A stretch of 64,000 bases of DNA, from IMG/VR virus record IMGVR_UViG_3300031949_000003. One strand, 5' to 3'. Numbering within the stretch: the stretch's first letter is position 1; every line of letters starts with the position of its first letter. Source of the DNA: a virus (taxonomy: Duplodnaviria > Caudoviricetes). This document shows positions 1-9,974 of the stretch, piece by piece. The notes beneath the pieces were generated by a model. It saw only the letters and a list, made by a program, of their open reading frames with translations. It was not told where the DNA came from and searched no databases. Made by a program: the position numbers and the translations under genes.

Positions 1-317
1 CGAAGCCGAAGGGCTCTGCGAAGGAACCCCAGCGCCCGAAGTACGACGATCCGAAGGTTCGAGCTGCGGATCCGATCCGCTCAAGCGCAGAGAGGATCAT
101 CAAAGCCGTCCTCGATCGGAGGAGAGACCCGCGCTTCGGTTGGGACGAGTCGAATGATTCGCAGGATCGAGAGCTCCTCCAGCGGGCGGCGGACGAGCTG
201 GACGTGGCCGCGGACCTCACCGAGGAAGCTGGAGCGCGTGTGTGGGCCGGGACGCTTCGCGAGCGCGCCAAGCAGGCCCGGCGAGGCGACTACAGGCTCC
301 TGGACGCTTACAACTGA
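1..317 (+). CDS. hypothetical protein, 3' part (runs in from before the window)
   Basis: Open frame 3 from the window start, KPKGSAKEPQRPKYDDPK...RLLDAYN, stop TGA at 315-317. Confidence 0.55.
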   Translation, partial: KPKGSAKEPQRPKYDDPKVRAADPIRSSAERIIKAVLDRRRDPRFGWDESNDSQDRELLQRAADELDVAADLTEEAGARVWAGTLRERAKQARRGDYRLLDAYN

Positions 318-498
318 AGCTGCCTTCGCGACGACGCCTCGCGATCTGGGCAGCCGGGCGGCGATCTTCTTGCGCGACATGGCCTCAAGAAGACCGCGAT
401 GACGCTGCATCGCGCCGACGCGCACGTGCCTCTCGATCGTCCCGGCGCGCAGTAAGTCATTCGTGACCCGGTCGCGTGTTGCGGTTAGGATGCGACCG

Positions 499-732
499 AT
501 GGCCAAGACGAAGAAGGACACCCGCGAACTTGAACAGCAAGCTGCTCAGTACGGCAAAGCATTTCATGTCCTCATCGAATGGCCGGATGGCCGTTAGCAG
601 CCGTGGCTTATTTTGATCCACGCCAAGGATGCGATCGAGGCCAGGCGCGTCGTCGGGAATTCGAGCGACATCCGAGAAGCCGGCGGCAAGGTTGTGAAGG
701 TGGACCTCGCGTCGAACGGTGATGTCGCGTAA
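499..732 (+). pseudogene. small hypothetical gene interrupted by an in-frame TAG (595-597)
   Basis: MAKTKKDTRELEQQAAQYGKAFHVLIEWPDGR*QPWLILIHAKDAIEARRVVG...DVA-TAA; TAGGAT hexamer 7 nt upstream of the ATG. Confidence 0.5.
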
Positions 733-980
733 CGTCGCGTGACCAAGAAGTTGCAGCCGCCGCGCCTACGATTCGGTTGCGGGTGCGCCGCGCGCAGCAG
801 TGCTCAAAGACGGCCTGGTGGGTGACGCACCAGATCACGCTGTCGCTGCTCGCGCTCCATGCCTCCTCGACGCACGCAGCGACTCTTTGGCGTGCTCGAT
901 TGCGCCACGATGTCCGAGACTGGAAGTGAGTCGCGGCACTTTTCTTGTGTCACTCCGGGGGGAGGGCCTAGCATCGTCAT

Positions 981-1475
981 ATGGCCGACATCAGCAAACG
1001 GACTCTAGACTGCGACGACGACGAGCGCGGCAAACGTGGCAAGCGGGGCCGCCAAGGACCTCCGGGCCCGGCGTCCGGTGGGCTGCTCAAATTCAGCGGT
1101 CCCGCGGCGGTCGAGCCTGAGTCCCAGGTGGTAAGCTTCCTGGCAGACTCCGGAGCCGAAGGCGCCTCGGCCCAAGACGATCCTCTGGGCTATCCCGTGG
1201 CCGTCGCGCACAACCTGCGCAACATGGCGGTGAACATTGGGGCGTTCGTCGTGCCTCTTATCGTCGGCTCGATTATCATCGAGCTGATCAAGAATGGTGG
1301 ACCGTTGGCGGTGCCCGGCTTCACGATCACTTACGGCCCCGGCGGGACCGGCATCATGTCGGTCCTGGCCGGCCCCGAGCTGTTCGCGATCGAGGACACG
1401 TTCGACCTTCGGGTCACCACCTTCAATGTGGGGTCGGTGGAGGTGGAAATGTCGGCGACGGTCGGGGTGGAATAA
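981..1475 (+). CDS. short collagen-like protein with shared [18 protein letters not shown] leader and beta-rich C-terminal domain
   Basis: About 5 Gly-X-Y triplets; N-terminus paralogous to the genes at 18409-19263 and 44732-45460. Confidence 0.7.
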   Translation: MADISKRTLDCDDDERGKRGKRGRQGPPGPASGGLLKFSGPAAVEPESQVVSFLADSGAEGASAQDDPLGYPVAVAHNLRNMAVNIGAFVVPLIVGSIIIELIKNGGPLAVPGFTITYGPGGTGIMSVLAGPELFAIEDTFDLRVTTFNVGSVEVEMSATVGVE

Positions 1476-1787
1476 GCGTCTCGGAGTAAAATCGTCACGG
1501 GTGACTGACGACGCGCCGTTTCGCCAGCGGAGGCCCACGGTGCAGATCAGCCGTGCAGCGACTCCGGGTCTCGACGACAATCTAGGTTCACCGATGTTCC
1601 CGCTCACTCCACGATCTCTGCTGGTCCAAGGTCTCGTGGAGTAGCTCGGGGATCGAGACAGAACCCACGCGGAACTCCCATTTTGTCCCGCCAAGCGGTA
1701 CAAGCGCGCCTACGATGGCCACATCATCGATCTCGTGGACTACGACAATGGGACGGTCAGGCTAGTAACAACAAAAACGAGCTGGTG

Positions 1788-2177
1788 ATGCGTACCAAAA
1801 CCACCGCCCAGCTCGACGCCGACATCGCCGAGTCCCTCCGCACCCGGAAGAAATTCCGCCGCGACAAATCCACGCGGAAGAAACTTCCCGATGCCGCACG
1901 TGCCGCGATCGAGGATCGCGTCCTCACGATCATCGAGGGCACGTACAAGCGCTACGAAGAGTTCGGCAAATCCATCGGCCACAAGGAGCCGTGCCTCTCC
2001 GTCGGTCTCATCACCGACGATCTGCGCCAGCAGTCGGGCTTGCCCGAAGACTTCCGCTGGGCGACCAAGACGCGGCAGCGCACGTGGACGCGGACGATCC
2101 TCGAGTCGATGCGGCGTCGGGGATTGATCGGAGCGTCATTCGGCGTAGGGTCCCGCTGCTACGAGCCCAAACCATGA
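1788..2177 (+). CDS. hypothetical protein with N-terminal KTTAQLDADIAESL module
   Basis: ATG at 1788 in the 1683-2177 ORF; 3' end duplicated at about 10225-10300. Confidence 0.65.
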   Translation: MRTKTTAQLDADIAESLRTRKKFRRDKSTRKKLPDAARAAIEDRVLTIIEGTYKRYEEFGKSIGHKEPCLSVGLITDDLRQQSGLPEDFRWATKTRQRTWTRTILESMRRRGLIGASFGVGSRCYEPKP

Positions 2178-2283
2178 GCAAGCACCCAAAGCCCATGCCC
2201 ACGAGAGAGCTTCGCCGTCAGCGCTTTGTCGTCGGAGAAACGGAACCACGTAGCCGTTCGGACGCGCGACGTTCACCTTCAAT

Positions 2284-3213
2284 TCAATATCCGTAGATCC
2301 GCGCGAGACGCGCGAACTCATCCCGTACGAGACACGACGGCAGGCACTCCCACGTCAGGGGAACGTATGTCGAAGGACGCGGATGATGGTTGGTGCGAGC
2401 GTTCGTTGCCGCCAGGGCAGCTCGGATGCGTTCGAGGTCAACATCAATCTTGGCAGCCTCGCAAAGTGTCTTGAGGATCGTCGCGCCGCGAACCTCGCGC
2501 AGATCTTCCACGCGGTAACGACTATCCGTCCGACGCGCGCAACGACGGTTCATCTCCACCCACAGCCACATCGCGGCCTGAATGGGCGCGCGATCCCACT
2601 TCGCACAGAATCCCGGAAACGCCTTCTCGAGGAGGCCCCACGCGGGTCCCTCACCCGCACACAGCCATGAGTTGATCCAGGCGATGGGATCGCGCGTCTG
2701 GTGTGCGACCACGATGTCCGAAGGAACTGTGGCGAGTGCAAGGACTGCCTCCCAGGCGACTTCTGCCACGTTGCTGCTCTCAACCACACAACCATGGAGC
2801 GTGTAGATCGCCTCATGCCCACAGGAGATCCCAGCAGTTTGCAGTGCCTTGGCTGTAAACATGGTCCCAGAATGGCGCCGGTCTGTTCCGCGATAGAAAG
2901 TGGTTTCGCCTTTGAGGGGTCCGCTGCCCCATACATGATATTGGGCAGCTGACTTTTTCGTGGCGTGATGCCGTTTCGGCGCCTGACTGGGTAAAGGTGG
3001 CAAGCCGATCCGTTCGAGCTTGATCGCCTTGAACGTTTCCTCGGCGTTTCGACCCAATGCCGCGACCGCGTCACGGTGCCACTCCGGCGGGTTATAGCGA
3101 AAGGTCTTGGCGCTCCGACCGCGCTTGACCCAGTCTCGTTTTTGAGAGGCGGTCTCCTTCGAGGCTTCCCGCTCCAGCCATCGCTGGCCCGCTGACCACC
3201 AGTCGCTGCTCAT
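2284..3213 (-). CDS. fusion protein: unknown N-terminal domain + HHATKKSAAQ linker + sulfotransferase-family (P-loop) domain
   Basis: SGTMFTAKAL..GISCGHE, VAHQTRDPIAWINSW and RYRVEDL resemble the PAPS-binding motifs of sulfotransferases. Confidence 0.55.
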   Translation of the reverse strand: MSSDWWSAGQRWLEREASKETASQKRDWVKRGRSAKTFRYNPPEWHRDAVAALGRNAEETFKAIKLERIGLPPLPSQAPKRHHATKKSAAQYHVWGSGPLKGETTFYRGTDRRHSGTMFTAKALQTAGISCGHEAIYTLHGCVVESSNVAEVAWEAVLALATVPSDIVVAHQTRDPIAWINSWLCAGEGPAWGLLEKAFPGFCAKWDRAPIQAAMWLWVEMNRRCARRTDSRYRVEDLREVRGATILKTLCEAAKIDVDLERIRAALAATNARTNHHPRPSTYVPLTWECLPSCLVRDEFARLARIYGY

Positions 3214-3320
3214 GGCTGAAGTCTATCGTCTGGAGGGACAGAATTGAAGTTTCCGGCCTGTTTCACGCGCCTGGGCATCAGCAAGATGATCCCACCGAGC
3301 CCACTGACGGTCCAAACAGA

Positions 3321-3677
3321 TCAACGCTCGTACAACGGGAGCCCGGACGGAGGCGCGAAGATCAGATTGCCGACCCCACCACCAGCCATCCCCCCGAGGA
3401 TGAACCCCCAGACGCGATGGGATTTCCACAGCACGGCTCCCGCGACGGATCCGATCGCCGACAGTCCGAGCGAACGCTGGAATGCTTGGTGCTGAGCTTC
3501 GGTCCAGGGACGCTTCGACTGCCACGACGAGTAGCCGCGGCGAGGCGCGTACCGTCCGCGATCGGGCGTAGGTGGTGCGGGCGCGGGCGGAGCGAGTGGC
3601 ACCGGAGACTCCGTCTTCGGAGGTAGCTTATCGGCCCCGTTGCTGCCAATGAAGGATCGATATTCACCACGCGCCAT
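3321..3677 (-). CDS. small membrane protein, RGxY N-terminal family
   Basis: MARGEYRSFIG start, Pro-rich linker, two Gly-rich hydrophobic segments. Confidence 0.65.
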   Translation of the reverse strand: MARGEYRSFIGSNGADKLPPKTESPVPLAPPAPAPPTPDRGRYAPRRGYSSWQSKRPWTEAQHQAFQRSLGLSAIGSVAGAVLWKSHRVWGFILGGMAGGGVGNLIFAPPSGLPLYER

Positions 3678-3689
3678 GCGGAGATCTTA

Positions 3690-3986
3690 TCACGGGTCTT
3701 GGAGGTATTGCTTGAGCGACTCGGGCAGGAGTGCTCGACGGAGCTTGGCGAACGCGGCCTCGATCGCGGTCGCTTCGGTCGGGCCTGTGCCTTGGTAGAA
3801 GCCTGTCGCGTGGTGCACGACTGCTTCGAGTATTCCTTCGAAGGCTTCTCGGCGCGTCGACGCTTCGACGGCTTCGCTGAGTGACGGGTAGACGCGGATC
3901 GCGATGACTTCGAGGAGTAGGCGCTGCTCGCGCAGCTCGCCGAGCGTGGTCTCTTCGGTGATGTTTTTGGGATCGGGCACGCTCAA
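3690..3986 (-). CDS. hypothetical protein
   Basis: 98 aa ORF coupled to the upstream stop. Confidence 0.55.
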   Translation of the reverse strand: MSVPDPKNITEETTLGELREQRLLLEVIAIRVYPSLSEAVEASTRREAFEGILEAVVHHATGFYQGTGPTEATAIEAAFAKLRRALLPESLKQYLQDP

Positions 3987-4196
3987 CGCTCTCCCACCGC
4001 CGCGTAGTAGGCAACTTTTCCTGCCTCGGCGGCACGGTACGAAGCGCCTTTCCCTCGATACGCCGCGCTCGTCAGCGCGAGGCCATGCTCGACAAGCTTA
4101 GGAAGTACGCGGCGCAGTGATGCAAAAGACGCTGCTGCGATTCGGAAACAGGATCATGAGTTCGAGTACGTCGCGCTGGTTCGCGGTTAGCTTCAT
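3983..4196 (-). pseudogene. small winged-helix-like protein with a 1-nt frameshift in a T4 run near 4125
   Basis: MKLTANQRDVLELMILFPNRSSVF joins ASLRRVLPKLVEHGLA...YRAAEAGKVAYY if one base is removed; length is 214 nt = 3n+1. Confidence 0.5.
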
Positions 4197-4687
4197 ACGA
4201 CCTCGTAGATCCGATAACCGTTCCCGTGTTCGTCGACTCCGACGGTTTCTCGGAGCAAACCCATCTGGGCAAGTCGCGTGACCGTCTTCGAGTGCAGTCC
4301 TCGGACGGGCAAATTGATGACCCGCTTGTCGCCGATCATCGGATAGAACTGGAACTTGTACCGGTAGACGCGTCTGTGCGAGCGAAGGATCTCCAGGTTG
4401 CGCTTCTGTGCCGCGGTCAACTTGGGAACCGCTTCCGTTTCGCGCGAGACGCTCGCGCACGGGGTCGACCGTTTGTGCTCGACTTCCCACACCTCGACCT
4501 CGTCGTCGCTGTCATCTCCCTGAACGGCGAGCTGCCAGTCGAGCGGAAACAGCGCCTTCGTCTCGCGGATCGCAGCTCGTGCGGCGCGCGCCGGGCCCAT
4601 CCCCGCGTTCACGTGCCGTCGAGCGGCTTTCGCGAGCTGACTGCACGCGTGTTCGATCAGGTCTTGGTCGAGCTGTTGCGTGGCCAT
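4193..4687 (-). CDS. hypothetical protein, C-terminal winged-helix-like region
   Basis: 164 aa; KLTAAQKRNLEIL...TVTRLAQMGLL. Confidence 0.55.
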   Translation of the reverse strand: MATQQLDQDLIEHACSQLAKAARRHVNAGMGPARAARAAIRETKALFPLDWQLAVQGDDSDDEVEVWEVEHKRSTPCASVSRETEAVPKLTAAQKRNLEILRSHRRVYRYKFQFYPMIGDKRVINLPVRGLHSKTVTRLAQMGLLRETVGVDEHGNGYRIYEVV

Positions 4688-4688
4688 G

Positions 4689-5132
4689 TTAGTTGTCCGT
4701 TGGCGGCTTGTGGTAGTTCAAGATCCTGCCGTTCATGTCGCTCACGATGCGGCGGAAGCAGATGTAACAGATCGGGCGTGCAGACCAGTCGGAGGTGTCG
4801 TGACAAGCGTCCATCCGTCCCCGTACGTCGGGCGCCGCAGTAGCAGCTTCTACCGCCCGGCGCGCCGCGGAACTACCGATATCAGCGTCGCCGACGACCA
4901 GTGCTGCGACGCCGCGATCGCCGAGCCAGTCGCCGATGCGAGCTGCCGGGTCGCCTGGCGGCGCGAGGCTCGCCCCGCATGAGCAGATCGCGATCGCGAA
5001 CCGCGGCTTGTTGGGATCCTGCGTCTGAAACACGCGGCCGCATTCGTTACACATGACGTGAAACTTCCAACGCCTCGCACCGTGGACCTCACACGAGATC
5101 ACGCGGACGTTTGCCGAGCTTGTAGAACTCAC
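4689..5132 (-). CDS. Cys-rich (zinc-finger-like) hypothetical protein
   Basis: GTG start overlapping the upstream stop; CxxC pairs (CNEC, CYIC). Confidence 0.55.
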   Translation of the reverse strand: MSSTSSANVRVISCEVHGARRWKFHVMCNECGRVFQTQDPNKPRFAIAICSCGASLAPPGDPAARIGDWLGDRGVAALVVGDADIGSSAARRAVEAATAAPDVRGRMDACHDTSDWSARPICYICFRRIVSDMNGRILNYHKPPTDN

Positions 5133-5668
5133 GCGTCCTCCACGAGGATTCGCGCGAGGTCGTCGCGATCGATCCGGCTCCACGCCGCCGGATCTTCGCC
5201 GGCGGGATCCGAGGTTCTCCAGATCGGCGCGGCTACTTGGATGTACCAGTGATCGTCGTCGTGTCCGACCCACAGTGCTGCGGGGAGCGCGCTGCGAAGC
5301 TTCTTGCACGCGGCTTCGTACTCGGCCGTATCTGCGGTTGCGCGCGCGACCGCCAGGGCGCCGCGCCCAGCGCTGGACAGATCGACGTGCTCGGAGATCG
5401 CGGCGGCCCGCGCGCGCTGCGCGGTCCGTCCGAGCCGACGTGGTCGCGATCGTGGCTTGGCGATCACGGACGCGATCTCGCGATCGAGCACCTTTTCTTT
5501 CTGCCGCGGCGTGACCTCGACGACTTGGCCACCGACCTCGCGCGCGAACATGTCGGCCGTTGACCGCGCGTAGATCCACGAGGCGCGCGGGTTGTCGGGG
5601 CGCGAGTCGGGTGGGATCCACGCTGTTCCGTCAGGAAGGCGCACCTGCCAGATCTGCTCGGCGCTCAC
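5129..5668 (-). CDS. hypothetical protein with internal KEKVLDREIASVI module
   Basis: 179 aa coupled ORF; the module sits between two domains. Confidence 0.65.
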   Translation of the reverse strand: MSAEQIWQVRLPDGTAWIPPDSRPDNPRASWIYARSTADMFAREVGGQVVEVTPRQKEKVLDREIASVIAKPRSRPRRLGRTAQRARAAAISEHVDLSSAGRGALAVARATADTAEYEAACKKLRSALPAALWVGHDDDHWYIQVAAPIWRTSDPAGEDPAAWSRIDRDDLARILVEDA

Positions 5669-6138
5669 CGCTTCTTGACCTCGTCGCGCGGCTTCCAGAT
5701 CTGGTGACGACGCGGCGGCTGCTTGGTCTCGCGGGCGTGCTTGAGGTCGTACTTGAACGAGTATTCGACGAGCGCCCGCTTGGGCGTCGCGCGCACAACC
5801 GTACCTGGTCTGTAGCCGCGTGCTCCCTTGCCCGAATAGCTCGGCGAGTAGAACGTGATCTTCTCACCGGGCTGAAAGTCAGCCAGATCGGTTCCCGTCT
5901 GTCGTGGCGATCGTGGCGTCTCCGCGCGTCCGTAGTCGGATCCGAGGGAGAGTCCCTGATTCTCGACGTAGCCCTTCCAGTGGATGATCAGGCGCTGTCC
6001 GCTCGACACGGGCACGCTCAGCGAATGTGATCCCCACTTGCCACCGGCCATCACGATCGCGTCGCCCTCGCGGAAGAGTTGGAGCCCTCCTGGCTTGGGG
6101 AGCGTCGCGATTAGGTTGGCGGCTTCGGCGTTGGTCAT
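5665..6138 (-). CDS. hypothetical protein
   Basis: 157 aa ORF coupled to the downstream gene. Confidence 0.6.
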   Translation of the reverse strand: MTNAEAANLIATLPKPGGLQLFREGDAIVMAGGKWGSHSLSVPVSSGQRLIIHWKGYVENQGLSLGSDYGRAETPRSPRQTGTDLADFQPGEKITFYSPSYSGKGARGYRPGTVVRATPKRALVEYSFKYDLKHARETKQPPRRHQIWKPRDEVKKR

Positions 6139-6157
6139 GGGTCAGCGTCAGCGTGGG

Positions 6158-6409
6158 CTACTCGTCGGCCGGCCGTGGCCACGGATTGCGGAGCAATTCC
6201 TCGCGCGCGAACAGGATGCACTTGCCGGCCGAGGCGTCGGCCTTGAGTGGTCCGGGCTTTGGTGGTTCGGGCGGCAGTAGCTCGAACAGCTTCGGCGAAC
6301 CGTCGGGATTGTACGCGACGATCTTGAACGGCAATCCCTTGAGGACGACGCCGCCGGGCAGCTGGACCTGGTTTGGGATGGATTTCGGACCGCGGGGTGA
6401 TTTCTGCAT
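6158..6409 (-). CDS. hypothetical protein
   Basis: AGGAGG SD upstream of MQKSPRGPK. Confidence 0.6.
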   Translation of the reverse strand: MQKSPRGPKSIPNQVQLPGGVVLKGLPFKIVAYNPDGSPKLFELLPPEPPKPGPLKADASAGKCILFAREELLRNPWPRPADE

Positions 6410-6425
6410 GGCTCCTCCTGGTGGG

Positions 6426-6965
6426 TCAGTGTTTTTTGGCGAGCTGCCGTAACATCGCCGCAGCCTCGACGGCTCCTTCTCGCGTGCTGTAGCCCGTACC
6501 GTCGGCGTTGTAGATGTCTCCCCGTACGACATGACCGCCGCTGCTCACGGGCTGCCATCGATTGTCGATCTTGCGCGCGGAGATCGAGCTGCGTGCTGAC
6601 GTCTTCGCGGTCGCGTGACTCGACTTCTTCGGCTTCCTTTTCGTCGCGTGATCGCCTTCGTCTTCTTCGATCAGCTCGCGCTCCCGCCGTTGCGCTTCCT
6701 TCAGGTTGCCGTACACCTCCCAGTCGGTCGCGTCCATGTACCCGGGCGCTGAGAGGCGGACGCCGTAACCCTTCTTGATGCTCGACTGGTCGTTGTACAC
6801 GCGCGTTCCCTCGGTGTACTGGAGCAGGGGCTCGAAGTCGCCGCCCTTGGCACGCGCGGCTTCGCTCTTGGAGAGCACATCGAACGGCACCCACCAGGTG
6901 CCGCTGTTCGTCTCGACGGCTGCCCACTCCTGCTTCTCGGTGATCTCGGGTCTCATGAACGCCAT
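6426..6965 (-). CDS. hypothetical protein with two HAT(K/A)(R/K) basic linker motifs
   Basis: 179 aa, SD AGGAG; DHATKRKPKKSSHATAKTSA linker. Confidence 0.65.
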   Translation of the reverse strand: MAFMRPEITEKQEWAAVETNSGTWWVPFDVLSKSEAARAKGGDFEPLLQYTEGTRVYNDQSSIKKGYGVRLSAPGYMDATDWEVYGNLKEAQRRERELIEEDEGDHATKRKPKKSSHATAKTSARSSISARKIDNRWQPVSSGGHVVRGDIYNADGTGYSTREGAVEAAAMLRQLAKKH

Positions 6966-6979
6966 GGCGATCTCCTATC

Positions 6980-7222
6980 CTAGTTTCCCCAGTCGACGGT
7001 GTCGTAGTTTTTCGAATACGCAGCTGACGCGCCGATGGACACGGACGACCCGCGGCGAATCCCGACGGTCCCGTCGTCCTCCACCCAGGTTGCGTGGCGC
7101 TCCGGGTCGATCTGGGTACGGTTCAGCGGCGCGGCCTCACCTTCGCCGTAGTAGAAGCGCGCGGGTAGGGCGCGGCCGTCGCGGTAGTTCAAGAGGCCCG
7201 TCTTGGACCGCAGCGTTGCCAT
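6980..7222 (-). CDS. hypothetical protein
   Basis: 80 aa ORF in the minus-strand run. Confidence 0.55.
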   Translation of the reverse strand: MATLRSKTGLLNYRDGRALPARFYYGEGEAAPLNRTQIDPERHATWVEDDGTVGIRRGSSVSIGASAAYSKNYDTVDWGN

Positions 7223-7231
7223 CGGCCGATC

Positions 7232-7798
7232 CTACCGCTGTGCCTTCGCTAGATCTTGTTTTTGGGCGAGGGTCCGGGGGATCTCCGCGAGGGCGAGAGC
7301 GATCCGCCGGAGCAGGGCCGCGGTCTCGACGCGGGCGCCTGGCCACTTGCTCTCGCGCGGTCCTGCGACGAGGAGCTTGGCTGGGACCAGATCACACGTG
7401 TCGAGGGGCAGGGGTAATTGGACCCTCAGCAGGCTGCTCCAGATCCAGCGCGCGATCGTAGCGGGGTCGTTCGTCGGATCGACGATCATCCAGCGCAGGC
7501 GGCGATCTGCCACGAGATCGAGCGTCATGGCGGTGCCGGGCGTCGCGCGCGGGTCGTTGCGGTCGCGCGCGACGATCAGGGCGGCGTGCGCCGCGTGCAC
7601 GTTGGCTTCGGTGCGTGGCGCGTAGCCCGTCTTGTCGTGCGGCGTGAGAAATCGCGCGACGTCGTGCGGGATTTTGCCGAGCTCGTCGCGTTGATCACGC
7701 GGCATGTAGCCCGCGACGAGCCAGTTGTTGTTGAGAGCGGCCTCGTGCGCACCACGATCAACACCGGTCTGGCCGCCGTGCACGATCGTGATGCTCAC
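7232..7798 (-). CDS. SLOG-superfamily protein (putative molybdenum-carrier family)
   Basis: IVHGGQTGVDRGA, RTEANV, PGTAMT and LLVAGPRES motifs. Confidence 0.8.
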   Translation of the reverse strand: MSITIVHGGQTGVDRGAHEAALNNNWLVAGYMPRDQRDELGKIPHDVARFLTPHDKTGYAPRTEANVHAAHAALIVARDRNDPRATPGTAMTLDLVADRRLRWMIVDPTNDPATIARWIWSSLLRVQLPLPLDTCDLVPAKLLVAGPRESKWPGARVETAALLRRIALALAEIPRTLAQKQDLAKAQR

Positions 7799-8550
7799 GC
7801 GACTCTCCGCTGGGACGTGCGGCCGGTCTGCTTGAAGTAGCGCTCACCAGCACGATGCCGCTCGATGGCGCGCTCGGCGGCGGCTTCGATCGGGGCAGGC
7901 AGCGCAAGATCTTCGCGCTCCAGGAGGAGCGGGTTCTCGAGTTCGGCGAGGTAGTCGTACGTGTCGTAGTAGTCATGCCGGTCGTGCATGGGATCGTCGG
8001 GCACGTCACGGCCCTCGGGATCGTACACACGGCCATCCACCCATAGGTCACGCCAGGCAGCCTCGATGGGTTCGGGATCTGGATCCGACCTGTCGTCCCA
8101 ATCAGAGTCACGCGCGTCGTAGTCGTCGTAGTCACGCGAGACATGCAGGTAGCGAAACGCGTCCTCGTCGCAGTCCCAGTCCCAGTCGAAGGTGTCAGGC
8201 GTGTACTCGTACGGATCTGCGACGAAGCTGTCGACGCTGAAAGGATAGCCTCGATGATGCTTCGTGATCGTGTCCTTGAAGGTCGTGAGGTCGGTGCCGT
8301 GCAACCAGATCTTCGAATCGGCCTTGGCGAGTTCGAGGTCGAACAGGTCGCTCTCGATAGCGAGCCGTGCAATGAGGCGCGCGCGTTTCTTATCGGCACG
8401 CATCTCGACAAGCTGCGTCTGACTGCGCCGGAAGCCAGGGTTTGCGTGCTCACGATCGTCGGCCGTGGCGGAGGTACGGGCACGGCCACGGTTACTGCGC
8501 GGGCGCTTGTCGTCGTGACACTGGTTCTGTTTCTTTCCGTAACGCAGCAA
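7795..8550 (-). CDS. acidic Asp/Trp/Tyr-rich hypothetical protein
   Basis: 251 aa, GGAGG SD before TTG, long D-rich tract. Confidence 0.55.
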   Translation of the reverse strand: MLRYGKKQNQCHDDKRPRSNRGRARTSATADDREHANPGFRRSQTQLVEMRADKKRARLIARLAIESDLFDLELAKADSKIWLHGTDLTTFKDTITKHHRGYPFSVDSFVADPYEYTPDTFDWDWDCDEDAFRYLHVSRDYDDYDARDSDWDDRSDPDPEPIEAAWRDLWVDGRVYDPEGRDVPDDPMHDRHDYYDTYDYLAELENPLLLEREDLALPAPIEAAAERAIERHRAGERYFKQTGRTSQRRVA

Positions 8551-8659
8551 TGGCCCTCCCCTCAGATCAAGTCCGCGCTGTGGATGTCGCCTGGCGTTTG
8601 ACAGGTTCGACGCAGGAGTTCGCCTCCGGCAGCCGCTCGAACGCGCGCCGCTTTCTTAC

Positions 8660-8908
8660 TCACGATCTCCGCTCCTGGAGGTAATCCGTCAAGGGAACAG
8701 GCGCGGCGTATCCTTGGGCGGCGCCCAGGTACTGCCGATCGTAGGGCGGATAGAACGGGCGACTAGTGCCGTTCGTCTCGCGACCACGCGTGCGCGCAGG
8801 CGTTTCGTCGTTGAAAAACTCGACTCCCTTCTCGAGCCACGTCGAACCGGGGGTGTGAATGTAGTAGATGACGATCCATCGTGGGTACGTCAGCTGCGGC
8901 GTCGGCAT
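8660..8908 (-). CDS. hypothetical protein
   Basis: MPTPQLTYPRWIVIYY... within ORF 8660-9007. Confidence 0.5.
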   Translation of the reverse strand: MPTPQLTYPRWIVIYYIHTPGSTWLEKGVEFFNDETPARTRGRETNGTSRPFYPPYDRQYLGAAQGYAAPVPLTDYLQERRS

Positions 8909-9193
8909 CAGAATTGGACCTCTTGTTGAACTTGTTGGAAGTGCCGCCATTCGTTCCACGCCTATCCGGTTGTCACCCCGCATTGATGATCTCGGCCAAG
9001 CGTGCACGGGTTGCGGTCACCTCGGCATGATCCTCGGCACTGAGTGCGGGCATGAGCATGTGCGGAAACACGGCCATCTTGTAGATGCGCACGAATTCAC
9101 GATCATTGTCCGTGTCCACGCCGCACGCGAATCGAGTGATAGCTTCCTTGACGCACGCGGAGATCTGCTCGTCCGTAAGGGTGTCAGCGGTGA

Positions 9194-9433
9194 TCATTGG
9201 CACTCCTTGGGGTGACAACCGGATAAGCATGATTCGTTCTGCGGCATGTAGAAGCGCGCTGTCGGGCTGCCCCGTAAAAACGCGGCGTAGGCGCGATGAT
9301 TGCCGTCGGAAACGAACAGCTTCCCTAGTCGCCGTTTGGCACGCCGACCCGTGTATCCGGCGATGCCCGGCGGCAGTGGCCCAGACATCTGTGCGTAGCG
9401 CTCAACACGTTCAATCTGCTTCAATGATAGCAC
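9194..9433 (-). pseudogene. ParB/sulfiredoxin-like nuclease-domain fragment
   Basis: LFVSDGNHRAYAA motif; short, with no good start. Confidence 0.45.
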
Positions 9434-9665
9434 AACCTGTGATCAGCAACTTCAACACGTCACTGCCTTGTCCATGGAGAGCTTCCGAGTGTACCGCCGA
9501 CCGCCGAGGCGCACGGCATCCGTGCTCTACCCGACCACCGCACTACACGCGTGAGTGCGTGATCGTACTTGCTCGGTCGGTTGACGATCGAGACCGCAAG
9601 GCGAATGACATGGGCCGCCACGACGAAACTGCCATTTTGTCCCTTGGCGCGGTAGGCTCAAGCCT

Positions 9666-9974
9666 ATGCACGAGCGTGGATGCTACGGTACGTGGGTAGG
9701 CCAAAGGACAGAGGCACCACCTCCTTTGGCGAAGCCGTCCACTGGTGGTCTTCTTGTGCTTCTTGGTATCGGCGTCGCCGGTGCCGTTGTGGCCATGACG
9801 ATGTGGCCTCGAATGGACCCAAAAATCGAAGCACAGATCAAAGCCGGTGAGAAACGCTACAAAGAGGCGTATCCGACACGGGCTTCAAGGCGCGCTCGTG
9901 AAATCGAAATTGCGGGGATTCAAAAAGAGTGGCGTGAGAAAGGTTGGCGTCCGGGTCAACCAATCCCCAAGTAG
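9666..9974 (+). CDS. small single-pass membrane protein, RGxYG family
   Basis: MHERGCYG start, one hydrophobic helix; CCATTTTGTCCC and TAGGCT upstream. Confidence 0.7.
   Translation: MHERGCYGTWVGQRTEAPPPLAKPSTGGLLVLLGIGVAGAVVAMTMWPRMDPKIEAQIKAGEKRYKEAYPTRASRRAREIEIAGIQKEWREKGWRPGQPIPK

Noticed and set aside
595-597. Genome-wide TAG reassignment (alternative genetic code)
   Set aside because: TAG is a credible true stop for several genes (ends at 9974, 14388, 19781, 43075, 62182), and only one read-through-like case was seen.
6570-6595. Off-frame QLDLRAQ as another copy of the tag
   Set aside because: It does not continue as REI, and the annotated frame reads through sensibly.
9194-9433. 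Functional parB partition gene
   Set aside because: Only a short DGNHR-containing fragment, with no HTH domain and no parA neighbour.
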